64,000 nt of DNA from assembly GCF_018350175.1 (NCBI RefSeq), contig NC_058369.1, forward strand, positions 11,472,001 through 11,536,000, read 5' to 3'. Below the pieces are notes generated by a model that worked only from the letters and a program-made list of their open reading frames with translations, was not told where the DNA came from and did not search any database. Below, in pieces: positions 1 through 11,885 of the stretch; position 1 is the stretch's first letter; each line of letters opens with the position of its first letter. The translations under genes and the position numbers were made by a program. Source of the stretch: Felis catus (lineage: Eukaryota).

Positions 1-824
1 TTTATGGCAGCAGAGCCACAAAGGAGCCAGCCTGTGATTCTTGGGGAAAACCAGCTATGGACAGACCAATGGGAACAGGAAAAGAAACAAATGGCAAGAT
101 CAAGGCCACGGTGTCTCAGGCTGCTTCTCCACACCCCCCTGAAAGGGTTGAACCTTGCTCTGCTCTTGCCGCTTACTTGAGACTCTTCGGTCTCCCACAA
201 TGGCACTGATGAGGCCTGCTGAGCAGGGAATATCTCTGGAGGACCCGGGCTTGGGTGCACGTGACAGGCCCTCCCCTTCCCCACCCCCCACCCCCAGCTC
301 CCAACCCAGGAAGGTGTCTGAACTCAGTTCCACACAGCCATGTGTGCTGCTGCCGCCAGCATGCCCACCACAGAGGCTGAGAGCACAACGCTGGGCTGGC
401 AACGCAGGGAAGTGTGAAAAGAAAGAAGCCCAGGAAAAAACAGTACAGGGACCTGCAACAGGCCAATAGGGAACAGAGCGGACAGGCTGGAGAGCACCTT
501 TTCTTTTCTTTCTTGCGTTTCTGAGACTCTCCCTTCCCTGCCACTGCAAGCTGCTGCACATACTCAGAGATGAGGTTTGCCCCCTCTCGTGACAGCCTGT
601 ATCAAGTGAGGCAGACAGACCTGTTTCCAGCAAGTGCTGCTCTAAGCACTGGAGCAAAGCCTGGGGGTGAGCACCACGGCCAAGGCCCACCCGGTGGCCA
701 CGGCCCCTCTTCTGCCCTGAGCCGCCAGGCCCTCCATCCAGGCCCTGGGCTTGCTCAGAAGTCCAGCCTGGCCGGGAGCCGGGCAGTCACAGCAAAGCTC
801 AGAGGGACATGGAGCGATGCCTAC

Positions 825-858
825 CTCTCTGCCTCCCGGAGTCAAAGAACTCGTCCTC
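825..858 (-). CDS. AKAP8: AKAP8 exon 8 (EDEFFDSGRQR, 34 nt)
   Basis: ctttttcag acceptor, GTAGG donor; continues the frame from exon 7. Confidence 0.92.
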
Positions 859-1839
859 CTGAAAAAGGGCACACACAAAGTTGGACGGTGAGGTGGAGTT
901 TCCAGAACTCTCCACAACCAACCTAGCACCCTGCCACCACCTGGTCACGATGTGTCAGGACAAGTCTCAGGGCAGTGGGATAGAGGCTGTGTGTATCCTA
1001 TCACTATTCCTGGTTGCCTTCTGAGATTCTGTAACGACTAAAGTGCTGTTTTATTAAAGTCAGTGGCCCTCTTTCAGTTCTTTCTAAAGCTAAAGAATTC
1101 CCTCTGGCAAACACACCAGCGCAGTTCTGCACATGGGAATGCCAACAGCCCATCCGTCAGCTCTATATCAAGAAACCCTGATTTGTGGGATGCTAGTTCC
1201 AGCACTCTTTACTGAAAAGGAGCTTTACCAAATTTCCAGGCCATCTGTTTACATTTATCAAGGTAATAACAAATGCACCTAACTGAAAAGTGCAATACTG
1301 CCCATTTCTTAGCCATCAAGCTCAAGGTTAAATTACTCAGCAGCAGATACACAGAATATCTAGATCCCAGACTCGAAATCTAGGGAAGCTAGATAAAGAG
1401 CAAGTAAGATTCGCCCAGAAAAACCCGAAAATTCACTGTATTCTGCCTCCCCGACCCCCCACCCATCTGAGCATCAGAAGGACTTGGTTGAGACCTTCAT
1501 ATACTCAGATCTCCAGGCCCTGCCCCAGACATGGATCAGAATTTGCAGGGAGTGGGACGGGTAGGCAAAGGCCGACTCCCTAGGTGCTTGTGCATGGTCC
1601 TGGCTAAGAGTTGGCCTTAAATGCCTGTCTCTCATGATTGGTTTTGAAGGCGGAAAAACATGGAGGCAGCTGAGCACCAGCACAAAGCGGGCAGTAAGGC
1701 TTCCGTGCCAGTTTGAAAGCCTCAGCGCACACAGCCCACTGCACTTACCACGTGCGGAGCTAGGAACATCACTGAGGACACAGGAGTGTCTGTGGGGGAA
1801 GGGCTGGGAGTGTTTTCAGGAAGAGAAGCATCGTTGGTT

Positions 1840-2031
1840 TTTGTTTTAGAGAGAGAGAGTGAGAGAGTGCGCGCGCACAAGCGGGGGAAAGGGGCAGAGG
1901 GAGAGAGAGAATCCCAAACAGGTTCTGAGCTGTCAGCGTGTAGAGCCAGACGCAGGGCTCGATCCCACGACCCTGGGATCATGACCTGAGCAGAAATCAA
2001 GAGTCGGACACTCAACCAACTGAGCCCCAGG
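1840..2031 (-). mobile_element. Can-SINE
   Basis: Reverse complement of the tRNA-like head (ctcagttggttgag...tcaggtcatgatc) with a (CT)n tract. Confidence 0.85.
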
Positions 2032-2212
2032 AAGGGAAGTACTGTTAGAAGTACAAATCTTGAGCTGCAAGTCAGACTCTTAAATCCACTCACACAGCAG
2101 TCAAGTCTACCACAGAAGCTGTTCCTGCCTCTTTGGGAGAGAGAGGGTAACAATGTAAAGAAGAAATCCCACACCAGAAACAAAGGAGGCTGACCAGTGA
2201 AGTTGGACTTAC

Positions 2213-2259
2213 ACCCCTGAATTCTTCATCTCCTGACCGGAAGTCAGCAGCTCCATCAT
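2213..2259 (-). CDS. AKAP8: AKAP8 exon 7 (DDGAADFRSGDEEFRG, 47 nt)
   Basis: ccggtag acceptor, GTAAGT donor. Confidence 0.93.
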
Positions 2260-2510
2260 CTACCGGACACAAAGAAGAAGGAAAATCAGCCCCTCCGTAG
2301 TTAGCCGGCTCCCTCCTTTCACCCTCCCAAGCTCACCGCCCAGAGCAGCCAGCACTTGTCCTGACTACAGTGGGGACCATGGGAGTGCGGGTGATATGCG
2401 CCACCCTGGAGTTCAACACACGTCCACTGTATGGACGGGCAGGAGGAGCGCCAAGCACAAAAACGGACACATCTCACACCCACCCGGGCCTCCTGGCCCC
2501 CAGGGCATAC

Positions 2511-2640
2511 CATTTTCAGAAAAATCTCCTTCGCTGTCAGCCCGGGCCAGTTTGGTGTCAGGCTCATCGTAGATGTGCAACTGCTTCCGTTTCCTGCCCA
2601 TGCTGTCTGGGCCACAGCGGTCAAACCCTCTCCGTCTGGG
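2511..2640 (-). CDS. AKAP8: AKAP8 exon 6 (PRRRGFDR...GRKRKQ...DFSEN, 130 nt; basic NLS-like segment)
   Basis: tctgtag acceptor, GTATGC donor; in frame. Confidence 0.95.
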
Positions 2641-2779
2641 CTACAGACACAAGCACATCCGATGTACCGCTTACCCCGACCATTAAGAAACCCCAGAGAA
2701 ACGAAGATCGGAGAAGTTGTAAGATCAGAGAACAAAGGCAGGAAAAATCTTTGATCTTGTCACAAAACAAACAAAGATG

Positions 2780-3110
2780 ACTGTAGTTGAACCCTCCCAC
2801 CACCCACAATTTTATGCTAAGAAGTTGGACACAAAAAGCCACATATTATGTGATCACGTTCCCGTGAAAGGTCTAAGAGAGGTAAATCTACAAAGACAGA
2901 AAGATTAACAGTTGTCAAGACTGGAGTAGAGAGCAGGGAGTGACTGCTAATGGCAGAGGTTGGCTTCTTTCTGGATTGATGGAAATGCTGTAAAATTAGA
3001 CGGTGGTGAAGGTTGCGCAATTCTGTACGTTTTTACTAACATTCAATTGCACACTTAAAAAATGAGTGAATTTTACAGTACCCAAATTTTCCCCAATAAA
3101 GCTGTTTGAG
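2780..3110 (+). mobile_element. Old L1M 3' end fragment
   Basis: L1M-like 3' motifs (tatgctaagaag...aaaagccacatattatgtgat...aataaagctgtt); boundaries approximate. Confidence 0.7.
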
Positions 3111-3145
3111 AAGTCGGCAGATTAGAGAACTTCCCAAGGGCTTAC

Positions 3146-3647
3146 CCGATCCCTCATCCGGGTCTGTGACCGGCCGCATCCATAGGGCGCAGAGTTGTCA
3201 TAGCCGCCGGCCCCCTGCATGCCCATTACACTGAAGTCTGGGGCCATGGACTGGGAGAAGAGGGAAGGCGGTGGCCTGCTGGGGGAGGGGCCTCCCAGGC
3301 CCCGCCCACCCACATAGTTCATCTCCGTCCAGGGAGCGGAAAGGGGCTCGGAGGAGGCTGCCGGCGGCGGCGGCAAGAAAGGGTCGCTGCGCATGAAGGT
3401 GCTGGGGGTGCTCCGGTCCTGAAAGCGGCCCTGGCCCTGGCCCTGGCCCCGGCCCCGCATGAAGCCATCAAGGGAGCCCCGCTCACGGGCTGGGTCCCGG
3501 CAGTCACTGTACTGACTGTTAAAGCCCCCATTTCGGTCAGGCCCCAGGTCAAAATCATAATCGTAGCTGTAGCTGGGGCGGTACGGATGGTGGTCAGGCA
3601 GACAAGACCTGGAGTCATAGGACTCAAACGACTGGAAGCGGAAGGAG
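3146..3647 (-). CDS. AKAP8: AKAP8 exon 5 ([14 protein letters not shown]...RMRDR, 502 nt)
   Basis: cctttgcag acceptor, GTAAG donor; includes ORF 3122..3460 ([13 protein letters not shown]). Confidence 0.96.
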
Positions 3648-4090
3648 CTGCAAAGGAAGCATAACCATCACTTCACTCTGGGCCCAAGCGCAAGTCTCCC
3701 GCAAAGCTGGCTTCACGACATTCAGAACAGCACACGGCACCACGCAGCCCTCCTGAAAGCTCAGAAGGCAAAGCGCACCAACGATCCCCCTTGAACGTTG
3801 TTGAACGAGGTGCATGGAGCCCTTGGCTGTGAGAACAAGAGGGTCTACAGGTACCTGACGCAGACACAAGGAGTCTGGTGTCATTTAGCTAACAGTCATA
3901 CCCTAAGCCCCACCACTCAGGAAACCAGAAAGTCCTATTACAATACCTCTGCCCCAATAACGCCCAACTCATCTACTCCATGTTCAGGAAGGAGCTGAGG
4001 AAAACCCTCCCTGGAAGAGGGGGTGCCCACTGCCATCTGCACAAAGCTGGGGTGTGGGATCCCCAGGGAAGGGCTCAGGTCCATAATCAC

Positions 4091-4367
4091 CTCTCCCGGT
4101 CCTGCATGCCCTCCCCACCGCCGCTGCTCCCGCCCCTGCCTCCTTCCTTGGACATCATGTCCAAACGTTGATTGATCTTGGCGATGAGAGAGTCGGAATT
4201 GTCGGTGCACGGCTCTGGACCATAAGAAGCCATGTGCATGGCAGGGCCCCCAGCTCCCAGGCTGTCGCTGGCCTTGGTGGCCTCCCACGAGGCTGGGCCA
4301 TAGCTGTAGGTCGCTCCTGTGGTGACGCTGGTGTTCTGGGCACCATAATAATTGTAGTTTTCATAAC
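4091..4367 (-). CDS. AKAP8: AKAP8 exon 4 (GYENYNYYG...QDRE, 277 nt)
   Basis: Within ORF 4087..4374; cag acceptor, GTGATT donor. Confidence 0.96.
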
Positions 4368-4875
4368 CTGCCACGGGGAGGAAGAACCAAATCAGACCTC
4401 AGCGGCCCCAAGGTCAGTCTACAGCAGCCACATCTGGAGAGAAGCACTCGCTGCCCACAGAGAAGGAAGACTGTCAAGGAACCAAGTGGCGCTGGCATCA
4501 CCCCACGTTGTAAATATCACCCGCCAAGGGGCGGCAAGAGAAGGACAGAGGCTGAGCCTCAGCCACGAGTGGTTGGCTTTCCGCACCAGATCTGAACACT
4601 TGCTCCCCACTCAAAGCCAGAGGTGGCTGAGAGCCCGTGAATGGCAGTTGGGGCTGCTGCTCCCATAACACAGTCACGATCCCCAGCTGCCAGCAAGTTC
4701 CTGACACTGCCTGGGCCTGCCAAGCCTTCAGGAGAGCTGTGGGCACAGCCAGAATAGGACGCGGGGGGATAGGGGGGGCATGGGGAGGGATTAGGTCTCT
4801 GTATCCCAGCCCCTCTGGGATCGGGTGGCCAATCAGAAGCCTTCTTGCGCGCCCACAGATCCCCAGAGGGCCTAC

Positions 4876-4908
4876 CTTGCCAGCTGGCCACACCGGTTCC
4901 GTATGCAC
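4876..4908 (-). CDS. AKAP8: AKAP8 exon 3 (GAYGTGVASWQ, 33 nt)
   Basis: tttctctcag acceptor, GTAGG donor, phase 1-1. Confidence 0.95.
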
Positions 4909-5622
4909 CTGAGAGAAACAAAAATAGACAAGAGCTTTGTTTACAGAATGAAAGTGCCTGAGACACACACACCACCCCCCCAGCCCCAACTGTCACCTTA
5001 CTCCACCAACCGCAGGTCTAGGGCTGTGGGCAGCTGTGGCAGTGCTGTGGGAGGGGCACCCCTGGTTGGCCACTGAGGCCAGGAATGGCTGGGGCCCACT
5101 AGCTGTAAAACTCATTTCCTACAGCTCTACTCAGCTAAGCATGATCCAGACTTCTCTTGTAGGCAAGCCTATCTCCCCCATCAGGACAATGAGAAAGGAC
5201 AAGTGCAGCCTTCCCAGGAAGTGTCCAGTGTGGGCCACCAGCCAAGAGGCGGACAAGGCTAGATCCTCTGGCAGAACCCTTTGAAAGTGCCAGTTCTCAC
5301 CACTTGCCAGAGCTCAGGCACCGCTAACACAGTGAGTACATCAGTGGAAGATTGTGTCCCCAACTCAACTAAGCAAGGGGACATTATGTACCCAAGCGAC
5401 ATGGAAAAAGCTTCCTCCTGGGAAACTTGGTGATGGGAGAAAAAGTGACCCCACCACCCTCAATGGTGCTGGGGGCAAATTCCAGGGTCAGAGAACAAAG
5501 AAAGCCCTCATCCCATCCCCTGGAACAAATGCTGGCAAAAAGCAGACAACCTCACCACCAGGGAGGACATTCTGGTCCTTTAAACATCCTGAGCATCCAG
5601 CATTATGATCTAGATTCCAGAG

Positions 5623-6270
5623 CAGGGCCAGCAAACAGGGCCCCAGGCCAAATCTAGCCCATTGCCTGTTTTTGTACAGCCCGCAAGCTAAGGATGGGTG
5701 TTAGCTTTGTAAATGGTTGGAGACGGGAAGGGAAAAAAAAAGAAAAAAAAAAAAAGAATATTTCATGATGTGAATTTTGACATGAAATGCACCATTTATA
5801 TATTTGTCAAAACTCACAGAACTGTGCAACCACAGCGACTATTAATTTAAACTGTGGATTGTAATTAACGGCAATGTATTGACATTGACTTGTTACTGAT
5901 AATAAACATACTGCACTAGTGCAAGATATTAATAATACAGGAAACTGCTGGGGTGAAAGGAGACTATCTGCTCAACCCTGTTAAGTCTAAAACTACTAAA
6001 AAATAAAGTCTATTAATCATAAAAATCTCTTATCATACCCTCAGCTATTTGCTCTGAATAATAAATCCCTAAAATAAAGGCTCTTTCACCACGTATGAAA
6101 ACTATACGGTATGCAAATTTCAGTATCTTTAAATATTACTGGCACACAACCACGTCTGTTTTTTTATAAACATCTCTGGGACTTTTGCATGGCAGAGACC
6201 GTATAGTCCCAAAGCCAAAAAAGTTTACTATGCAGCCCTTTACAGAAAAGGTCTCCTCCAGATCCTTGGG
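5623..6270. mobile_element. MER58-like hAT DNA transposon relic interrupted by an L1 3' fragment (~5775-6020)
   Basis: ggccaaatctagcccattgcctgtttttgta...ccaaaaaagtttactatgcagccctttacagaaaa resembles MER58 as recalled. Confidence 0.65.
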
Positions 6271-6385
6271 CTAGCCCTAGTGTGCCTGTCACGCTCTCCA
6301 GGTTACGGTCACCGTCCCGGGCTCTGGCAGGCTAGCGCCTCAGGTGTGTGTGGGGTGGAATCCACGCCTCCCCGTGAAGTCTTAC

Positions 6386-6424
6386 CTTGGGTGTTGGTGG
6401 GTCCAGCACTCCATGCCCCATAGC
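6386..6424 (-). CDS. AKAP8: AKAP8 exon 2 (GYGAWSAGPTNTQ, 39 nt)
   Basis: cttctcttcacag acceptor, GTAAG donor, phase 1-1. Confidence 0.95.
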
Positions 6425-8912
6425 CTGTGAAGAGAAGACCTGTGAGTTAGGATCCTATTTGTCACACGGAAAACGGGTGCTTCTGAGGCGCTCTGAGGCA
6501 CCTAGAGTGGTCGCCTTCAAGGACAGTTCAGTGCCAGCCTCACAAGAAGGCAGCATAACCACAACACTGTCCCTCTAAAAGTCCTGAGCGGGCTGATTGC
6601 TATTACCACACTCCACACACAGGCTTGAGGTCAAAGCAGAAAAGAGTGGGGGGGATAGACTTTGGGGCCAGCTCTGCCAGTAGCCTGTGGAGGAAGCTTG
6701 GCCTGAGCCTCCATTCACAACCCGGGATGACACAGGACAAGGTGCCAGCTAACCCAGGACTAGGATACAGTTTGGCCCACCCACCAAGCAGTCCTAAGTC
6801 CCCCATAACTGAGAACAAAGTTCAGAATTTGGAGACGACTGTGCCTCTCCAGGCCTCACTTCTTTGTGACCACGGACCCTCCCTCCCATGCTCCCCTGGG
6901 CCTTCATGTCCCAGGGCTTCCGCCTGGCCTAAGGCATCCGGGCTGCAGTCCTCTCTCTGGTGGCTCCCTTGCAGACTCCCATGACAGCATCTGTCTGGGC
7001 CGTCTTCATTTCTGTGTCCCTGGAGCCTCAAACGGAGCTGGACACAGGCAGCCATCCACACCTGTCAATGATCCTCACCTTTACAAAACAGGAATATACC
7101 CTGTCTCTCTTTCCAGAACAACCCAAGCCACTAGCCAAGTGCCTAGTGTGTGCCCACACATGACAGGCAATGGGCACATGTTGGTTGGTGTCCCCGAATG
7201 CCATTTAGAGATGACAGAGCTAAGCCTTGGAGATTCAGAGACACATTGCTGAAGTTTGCCCTTTGCAGGCTACGGTCTCCCTTGCCACACAGCCTTTTCT
7301 ACACCTGTGCGGTAGAAAAACAGAGTAGTGATCCTAACGGCAAGTGACCAACTACAGAACACTAGTCTAAATACCATATACTAATCACATAACCTCATAA
7401 CACCCCTTCAGATAGATAGTATTTACCCTATTGTCCCAGAGGCTCAAGAGGCTGGCACTTGCCCATGATCATGGAGCTGGAGAATGGAAGAACTGAGACA
7501 TGAACTCAGATGTAGGTGCCTCCTATGGTCAGGAACCAACTGTCAAGGCTCAGCGAGTCCCGAGAAATAACTCGAGGTGGACAAGCCACAGAAGGACTCA
7601 AGGAGGCCCCAGCATCTAACCGGAACCTGAAGGGTTCTGGCAGGTAGGAAGTCAGGAGCATAAAACCTCTTCGCGCTCAGGACGTGCATAGGGCAGGGTT
7701 ACTGGCTGAAAGATCTGGTGGGAAGCAGGCAAGGAATTGCGAGACCCAGGTAGACTGCAGAGAAGACGGGGAAAGCCAGGGTGAGCCACCCCAGAACACT
7801 GGAGACACCCAAGCACACCAGGCACCTCAACAGCTCTCTTGCAATTCCTGCTGCTGAATCCTAACACTGCCACCTTTCAAGATCAGTGCCTTTCTTTAGC
7901 TGTTGTAACGAAGATCAGACTGCTTGCTTCCGCAACCTCGGATAGATACTTGGATAGGGACGGCACCTGGTTAAGCCCCCCACCCCACGTATTCCAACAT
8001 CAACTGTTCTCCAGGGACAAACTTGGCTTCCAGCGCACAGCAAAAGCATCCTAGAAATCTCGGATTCTGGACACTCAGAGCCAGTCGCTCGAGAAAATCC
8101 GTCCTGCCGCAGACCCTGCGGCCCAAGTGGGGAAAAGGCACGTCCCCTCTTACACAGCCCCCAGACACCTCCAGGCCACAACGAGGGGCTGCCTGAAGGA
8201 AGGCCAAGAAACTGCCACCACCCCAAGGCACATCAGGTTTGCAATTCTGCACGAGACCCAACACCTGACCCTCGAAGTCCTGTCCTAGGCCAGCACGAGT
8301 CACGTACGCGGCAGGCGCCCGCCGACACTAGCCCCTGCGGAGACCGCGCACTGGTGGGGCAAGGTCCGACCAGCGCCGCCCGGACGGCTTCCGGGACCGG
8401 CGCGACGGAGCACGTGCACAGCGTGCAGCCCCGGCCAAGCCTCACATCCCCGAGATAGGCAGCCGAACTCCCTCGGCCTCCAACCGCGGGCCCGGCGCCC
8501 CACAAGCTCGTGCCGTGGCTCCGCCCCCGGGCGCCGCCATTTTGTGGTCTTCCGAAGCGGGAAGGCGGACCTCCGAGCGGCGGGGTCGACCGGGCCAGTC
8601 CCGCCGGGTCTGAGGGGTAGAAACGGCTAGGACAGCCCAAGGCGCCCCCCGAAGCCCGCCGCAGCGTCGGCCCGCCGAACCCCGCCCGCCTCCTCAGGCC
8701 TCGTCGGCCAATCCCCACGCAGCGCCCTGGGAGCGACGACTCCGAGGTCCAATGAGCAGCGCGCGCGCGCCCCGGCCTCCTCTCCGCTGGGTCGGGCTGG
8801 AGTAACCGTGCTCGGGCGTAGGCCCTGTCCCCGCGGCCCTCTACGCAGCGGCGGCTGCGTCGCCCGAGCAGCGCCTGGCCACCCCACCTCGAAATGAGCC
8901 GCCCAAACGAAC

Positions 8913-8931
8913 CTCCGTAGCCCTGCTCCAT
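8913..8931 (-). CDS. AKAP8: AKAP8 coding exon 1 (MEQGYG, 19 nt)
   Basis: ATG at 8931 in GACATGG context; donor GTTCGT at 8912; phase 1. Confidence 0.93.
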
Positions 8932-9319
8932 GTCTTCAGCTCGGCCCGCCAGCAGCCCCTTTTTCTAGGGTGCCACAGGACGCATGCGCTCAACACACTT
9001 TCCGACGTCCGCTACTGGAAGACCAGGCGCATACGTCACTCCTTCCGCACACCACCACTGGCTGGCTTTCGCGGCGTACCCGCCCGTCGCCCCAGTCGGC
9101 CTTCCGGTTGCTTGGAATCGGCTTTCACGGCATCTTGGGAGTTTTGGTCCGGACACGGAGTCTTACTCTGCGCAGGCGCTTCCCTCTAGCTCCCCGCCGC
9201 CAGTGCGCAGTCGCACCCCCACCCTTTCCCGGGTCCCGCGCGCAGGCGCAGTCCGCTTCTCACTACGCCGACCGTGCCGCACACCAACAAACGAACAAGA
9301 AAAGTGGGGTAGAAAGAAC

Positions 9320-9325
9320 TTTATT
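9320..9325 (-). terminator. AKAP8L: AKAP8L polyadenylation signal AATAAA
   Basis: tttatt on + strand, 52 nt past the stop codon, followed on the minus strand by a U/GU-rich element (TTTTCTTGTTCGTTTGTTGGTGT, 9303-9281). Confidence 0.88.
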
Positions 9326-9377
9326 GGGCTCGGCTTCCAGCCTTGGCCACGCGGGTCCCGCCCGCCGCGGGCCCAGG

Positions 9378-9701
9378 TCACGGTGCGCCCCCACCACCCT
9401 CCTCGTCGTCGTCGGCCTCCACGTCGAGGCCCGGGATACCGCGGATCTGGCGCTGAAGCGCGCCGCCCAGCAGGGGCAAGGCCTCCTCCTCCTCCTCCTC
9501 CTCCTCCTCGGGGGGCGGCGGCGGTGGTGGGGACGTGGCCCCAGGGGCGGGCTCCGGGGGCACTGGGGGTTGCGCCGGCGCGCCCTCGGCACCCTCCGCG
9601 CCCCCTGCCGCTTCTACTAGCGTCCCCTCGTCCAGGGCCCCGCCCTCGGCCTCCTCCTGTTCCTTCTCTTCTTCGGGGCTATCCGTGAACGGGTTCTCAC
9701 C
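9378..9701 (-). CDS. AKAP8L: AKAP8L exon 14, terminal (GENPFTDSPEEE...GGGGAP*, 324 nt; poly-Pro/poly-Glu)
   Basis: ccccacag acceptor; TGA at 9380-9378. Confidence 0.95.
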   Translation of the reverse strand, partial: GENPFTDSPEEEKEQEEAEGGALDEGTLVEAAGGAEGAEGAPAQPPVPPEPAPGATSPPPPPPPEEEEEEEEEALPLLGGALQRQIRGIPGLDVEADDDEEGGGGAP

Positions 9702-9782
9702 CTGTGGGGAAGGGACACAGATACTGAAGGGAGGACCCGCAGGGACCGGGGGAGGGGGGGACCCCGGGGCGGCGCGCCTCAC

Positions 9783-9878
9783 CTTCAGGTAGCGCTCCAG
9801 CTTCTTGCTGATGATTTTGTTGTTGAGGATGCTGCGGGCCACCATGAGCGAGGACTTCTTGGACTGCTCCATCATGAG
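9783..9878 (-). CDS. AKAP8L: AKAP8L exon 13 (LMMEQSKKSS...ERYLK, 96 nt)
   Basis: cttgcag acceptor, GTGAGG donor. Confidence 0.95.
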
Positions 9879-11837
9879 CTGCAAGCAAGGCAGGCAGGGC
9901 TGGAGAGGCTGCTCTCGGCGCCAGAAAGCCCCCCTCCCCCACCTCTCCAGATCTGCGGAGCCCTTCCACCAAACCCCTCTACCCTTAGCTTAGCACAGCT
10001 GAGGATTCTAACCACGTGGCATAGGTGGACAAGTGTACCTTGGGTACAAGCACAGAGCCCAGACCTAATCTTTGTTCAGATGCTCCATTTCTTCTACACC
10101 ATACTTACTGTATTGATTAAAAACAAGTCTTTACAGCTGTACAGCAGAAATCTAATGTGCTTACATAAAAACTACAAACTGTGAACAAATTAAGAAACCT
10201 ACTAAATGCTGAAGGTGCAACCCCCAACAAGAAGCCAACCGCTCATATGCAAGGGACTCGTTAGGATCAACAGGGAGAATATAAAAGTAGGAACACAAAT
10301 GTCAAACAGCACATTTAAGGGATATACCTCCTTTTAACCCACAGAATCCCCAAGATGAAGAATTATACCCCAAATGTCAAGGTTCAGTGAAGAGAGACAG
10401 TTCTACCCCTGATGGTGAGTGGGCCAACTGTTTACTTCCTTTCTGGAAAGCAGTTTAAATAAAATGTATTAAAAATAAAAATGTCTCAGTAATTCATTAC
10501 AGGAATCTATACTAGGACTTGGACACATTCATGCACGTGGCTGCAGTAGTGAAAAACTGGAAAGCACCGAAATGTTCTTTTGTTAAATAAATCATACATT
10601 CAAAAAGATCACCGTGCAGTCCACAAATAGGGCTCATCTCTCCCCCTGTGTGATAAGAAAGGTGTGTGATGGGCGGAGTACAGGCAACTCTCACTTTCAT
10701 CATTATAAAGATTATGCAGAAAGCTGTAAGCCGAAAGACAAGGATAAAAGCTATTTTTGTTGGCATGGGAAGGAGGGGCCCACCTCCAAAACCCTACTGC
10801 GGCCCCCCAGCCAACTCTATAAGTCATCATCTCCCTTGCTGTTTCTACTCCCTTTCCCAACCTTCACTTCTTTACTCATTTTCTCTACTGCTTGGGGAAA
10901 ATACCAACAGACCTCAAGGTCTGTTGCTCAAAATGAAACAAATTAAAGATGCACAATTAGGATACTAGGTCAGCCCACTTCCTCCCCAATTCCTCACTTG
11001 CCAACACATTATCCTCCTCCCTGGAGGCACCAGAGAGGTACACACAATTCCCAGCTGAAGCCCATTTACATTGTTTCCAGATTTTTGCTACAATAACCAA
11101 ACACCACCAAAATAACCTTAAATACTTCCATGTTGGTGCTTTTAATTTTACCAAACAGGTTCCCCAAAGTGACGGTGCCCCAGTACTCTGCAAAAAAAAG
11201 CTGTAAGTTGTAGTAGGTGGAGCTTCCTCCACCTGTATTAAAACAATGTACTTATCCTGTGGCCTCCTCAGCAGCATCAGATGTTATCACTGTTGGATAC
11301 TTTTGTGGTCCAATGAAAGAGAAAAGAATGTGTGCTGCCTCTCAGGGCATTGCCCTGCCCAACAGCAAAATCTGAGTGATCTGATACGCATGCTGGGCCA
11401 CCTGCCCAGCGTTTCTATGAGGTCATCTTCTCCACAACCTCTGGGTTTCCTGGCTTGCTCTCAGGAAGGCTTTCTGTTACCTCAAGGTAAACAAACGATC
11501 TTCTAAATTTTGCTCTTATCTTTTATTTTTCACGTGTATTATTTCTGGAATTGAATATATGGTATGAGGTTAGGGGTCCAATTTTCTTCTCCAGAAATTT
11601 ATGAGATAAACCATTGTCTCTCCGTTGAATGGACATATAGGTCTATAATCCCTTCTCCACAAATCTGAAACCCAGAAGGAAAAGTTTTCCCCTAAAACTC
11701 CATTATATTTTTATACCGTCTTTATTTATCCCACTTATATAAGTCACTTGAAGAATTACTTATGGTTCAACTACAAGTCACTTTCCCAGATCCTGCTAGG
11801 GATGTTAGCGATCATTACTGTGTAGATGTTCTGAAAC

Positions 11838-11839
<2 letters not shown>

Positions 11840-11877
<38 letters not shown>
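11840..11877 (+). repeat. Poly(A) tract (~38 nt) inside a probable Tigger/TcMar-like relic (~11637-11924)
   Basis: Mononucleotide run; flanks show imperfect inverted ends (aggtctataatcccttctcc ... gataaggaacctgta). Confidence 0.6.

Positions 11878-11885
<8 letters not shown>

Larger units (their letters stand above)
825..8931 (-). other. AKAP8: AKAP8 (AKAP95) gene, 5' part: coding exons 1-8; the zinc-finger 3' exons lie beyond the window start
   Basis: Spliced translation [60 protein letters not shown]...[17 protein letters not shown]...GRKRKQ matches AKAP8 as I recall it; all junctions are GT-AG and in frame. Confidence 0.97.
8300..9850. promoter_or_regulatory. CpG island / AKAP8 promoter, overlapping the AKAP8L terminal exons
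   Basis: Very high GC and CpG density; NRF1-type motifs at 8981-8989, 9169-9179 and 9240-9250; ETS-like CTTCCGG at ~9101; CGTCA half-CRE at ~9034; YY1-type site at 8535-8546. Confidence 0.88.

Noticed and set aside
8233..8912. 232-aa ORF extending from the AKAP8 ATG
   Set aside because: Read-through into GC-rich intron 1; the real frame splices at 8912
9702..9782. Open frame through the last AKAP8L intron (81 nt, no stop)
   Set aside because: Has good GT-AG signals and the translation does not resemble the known protein; in-frame retention is possible but unsupported here
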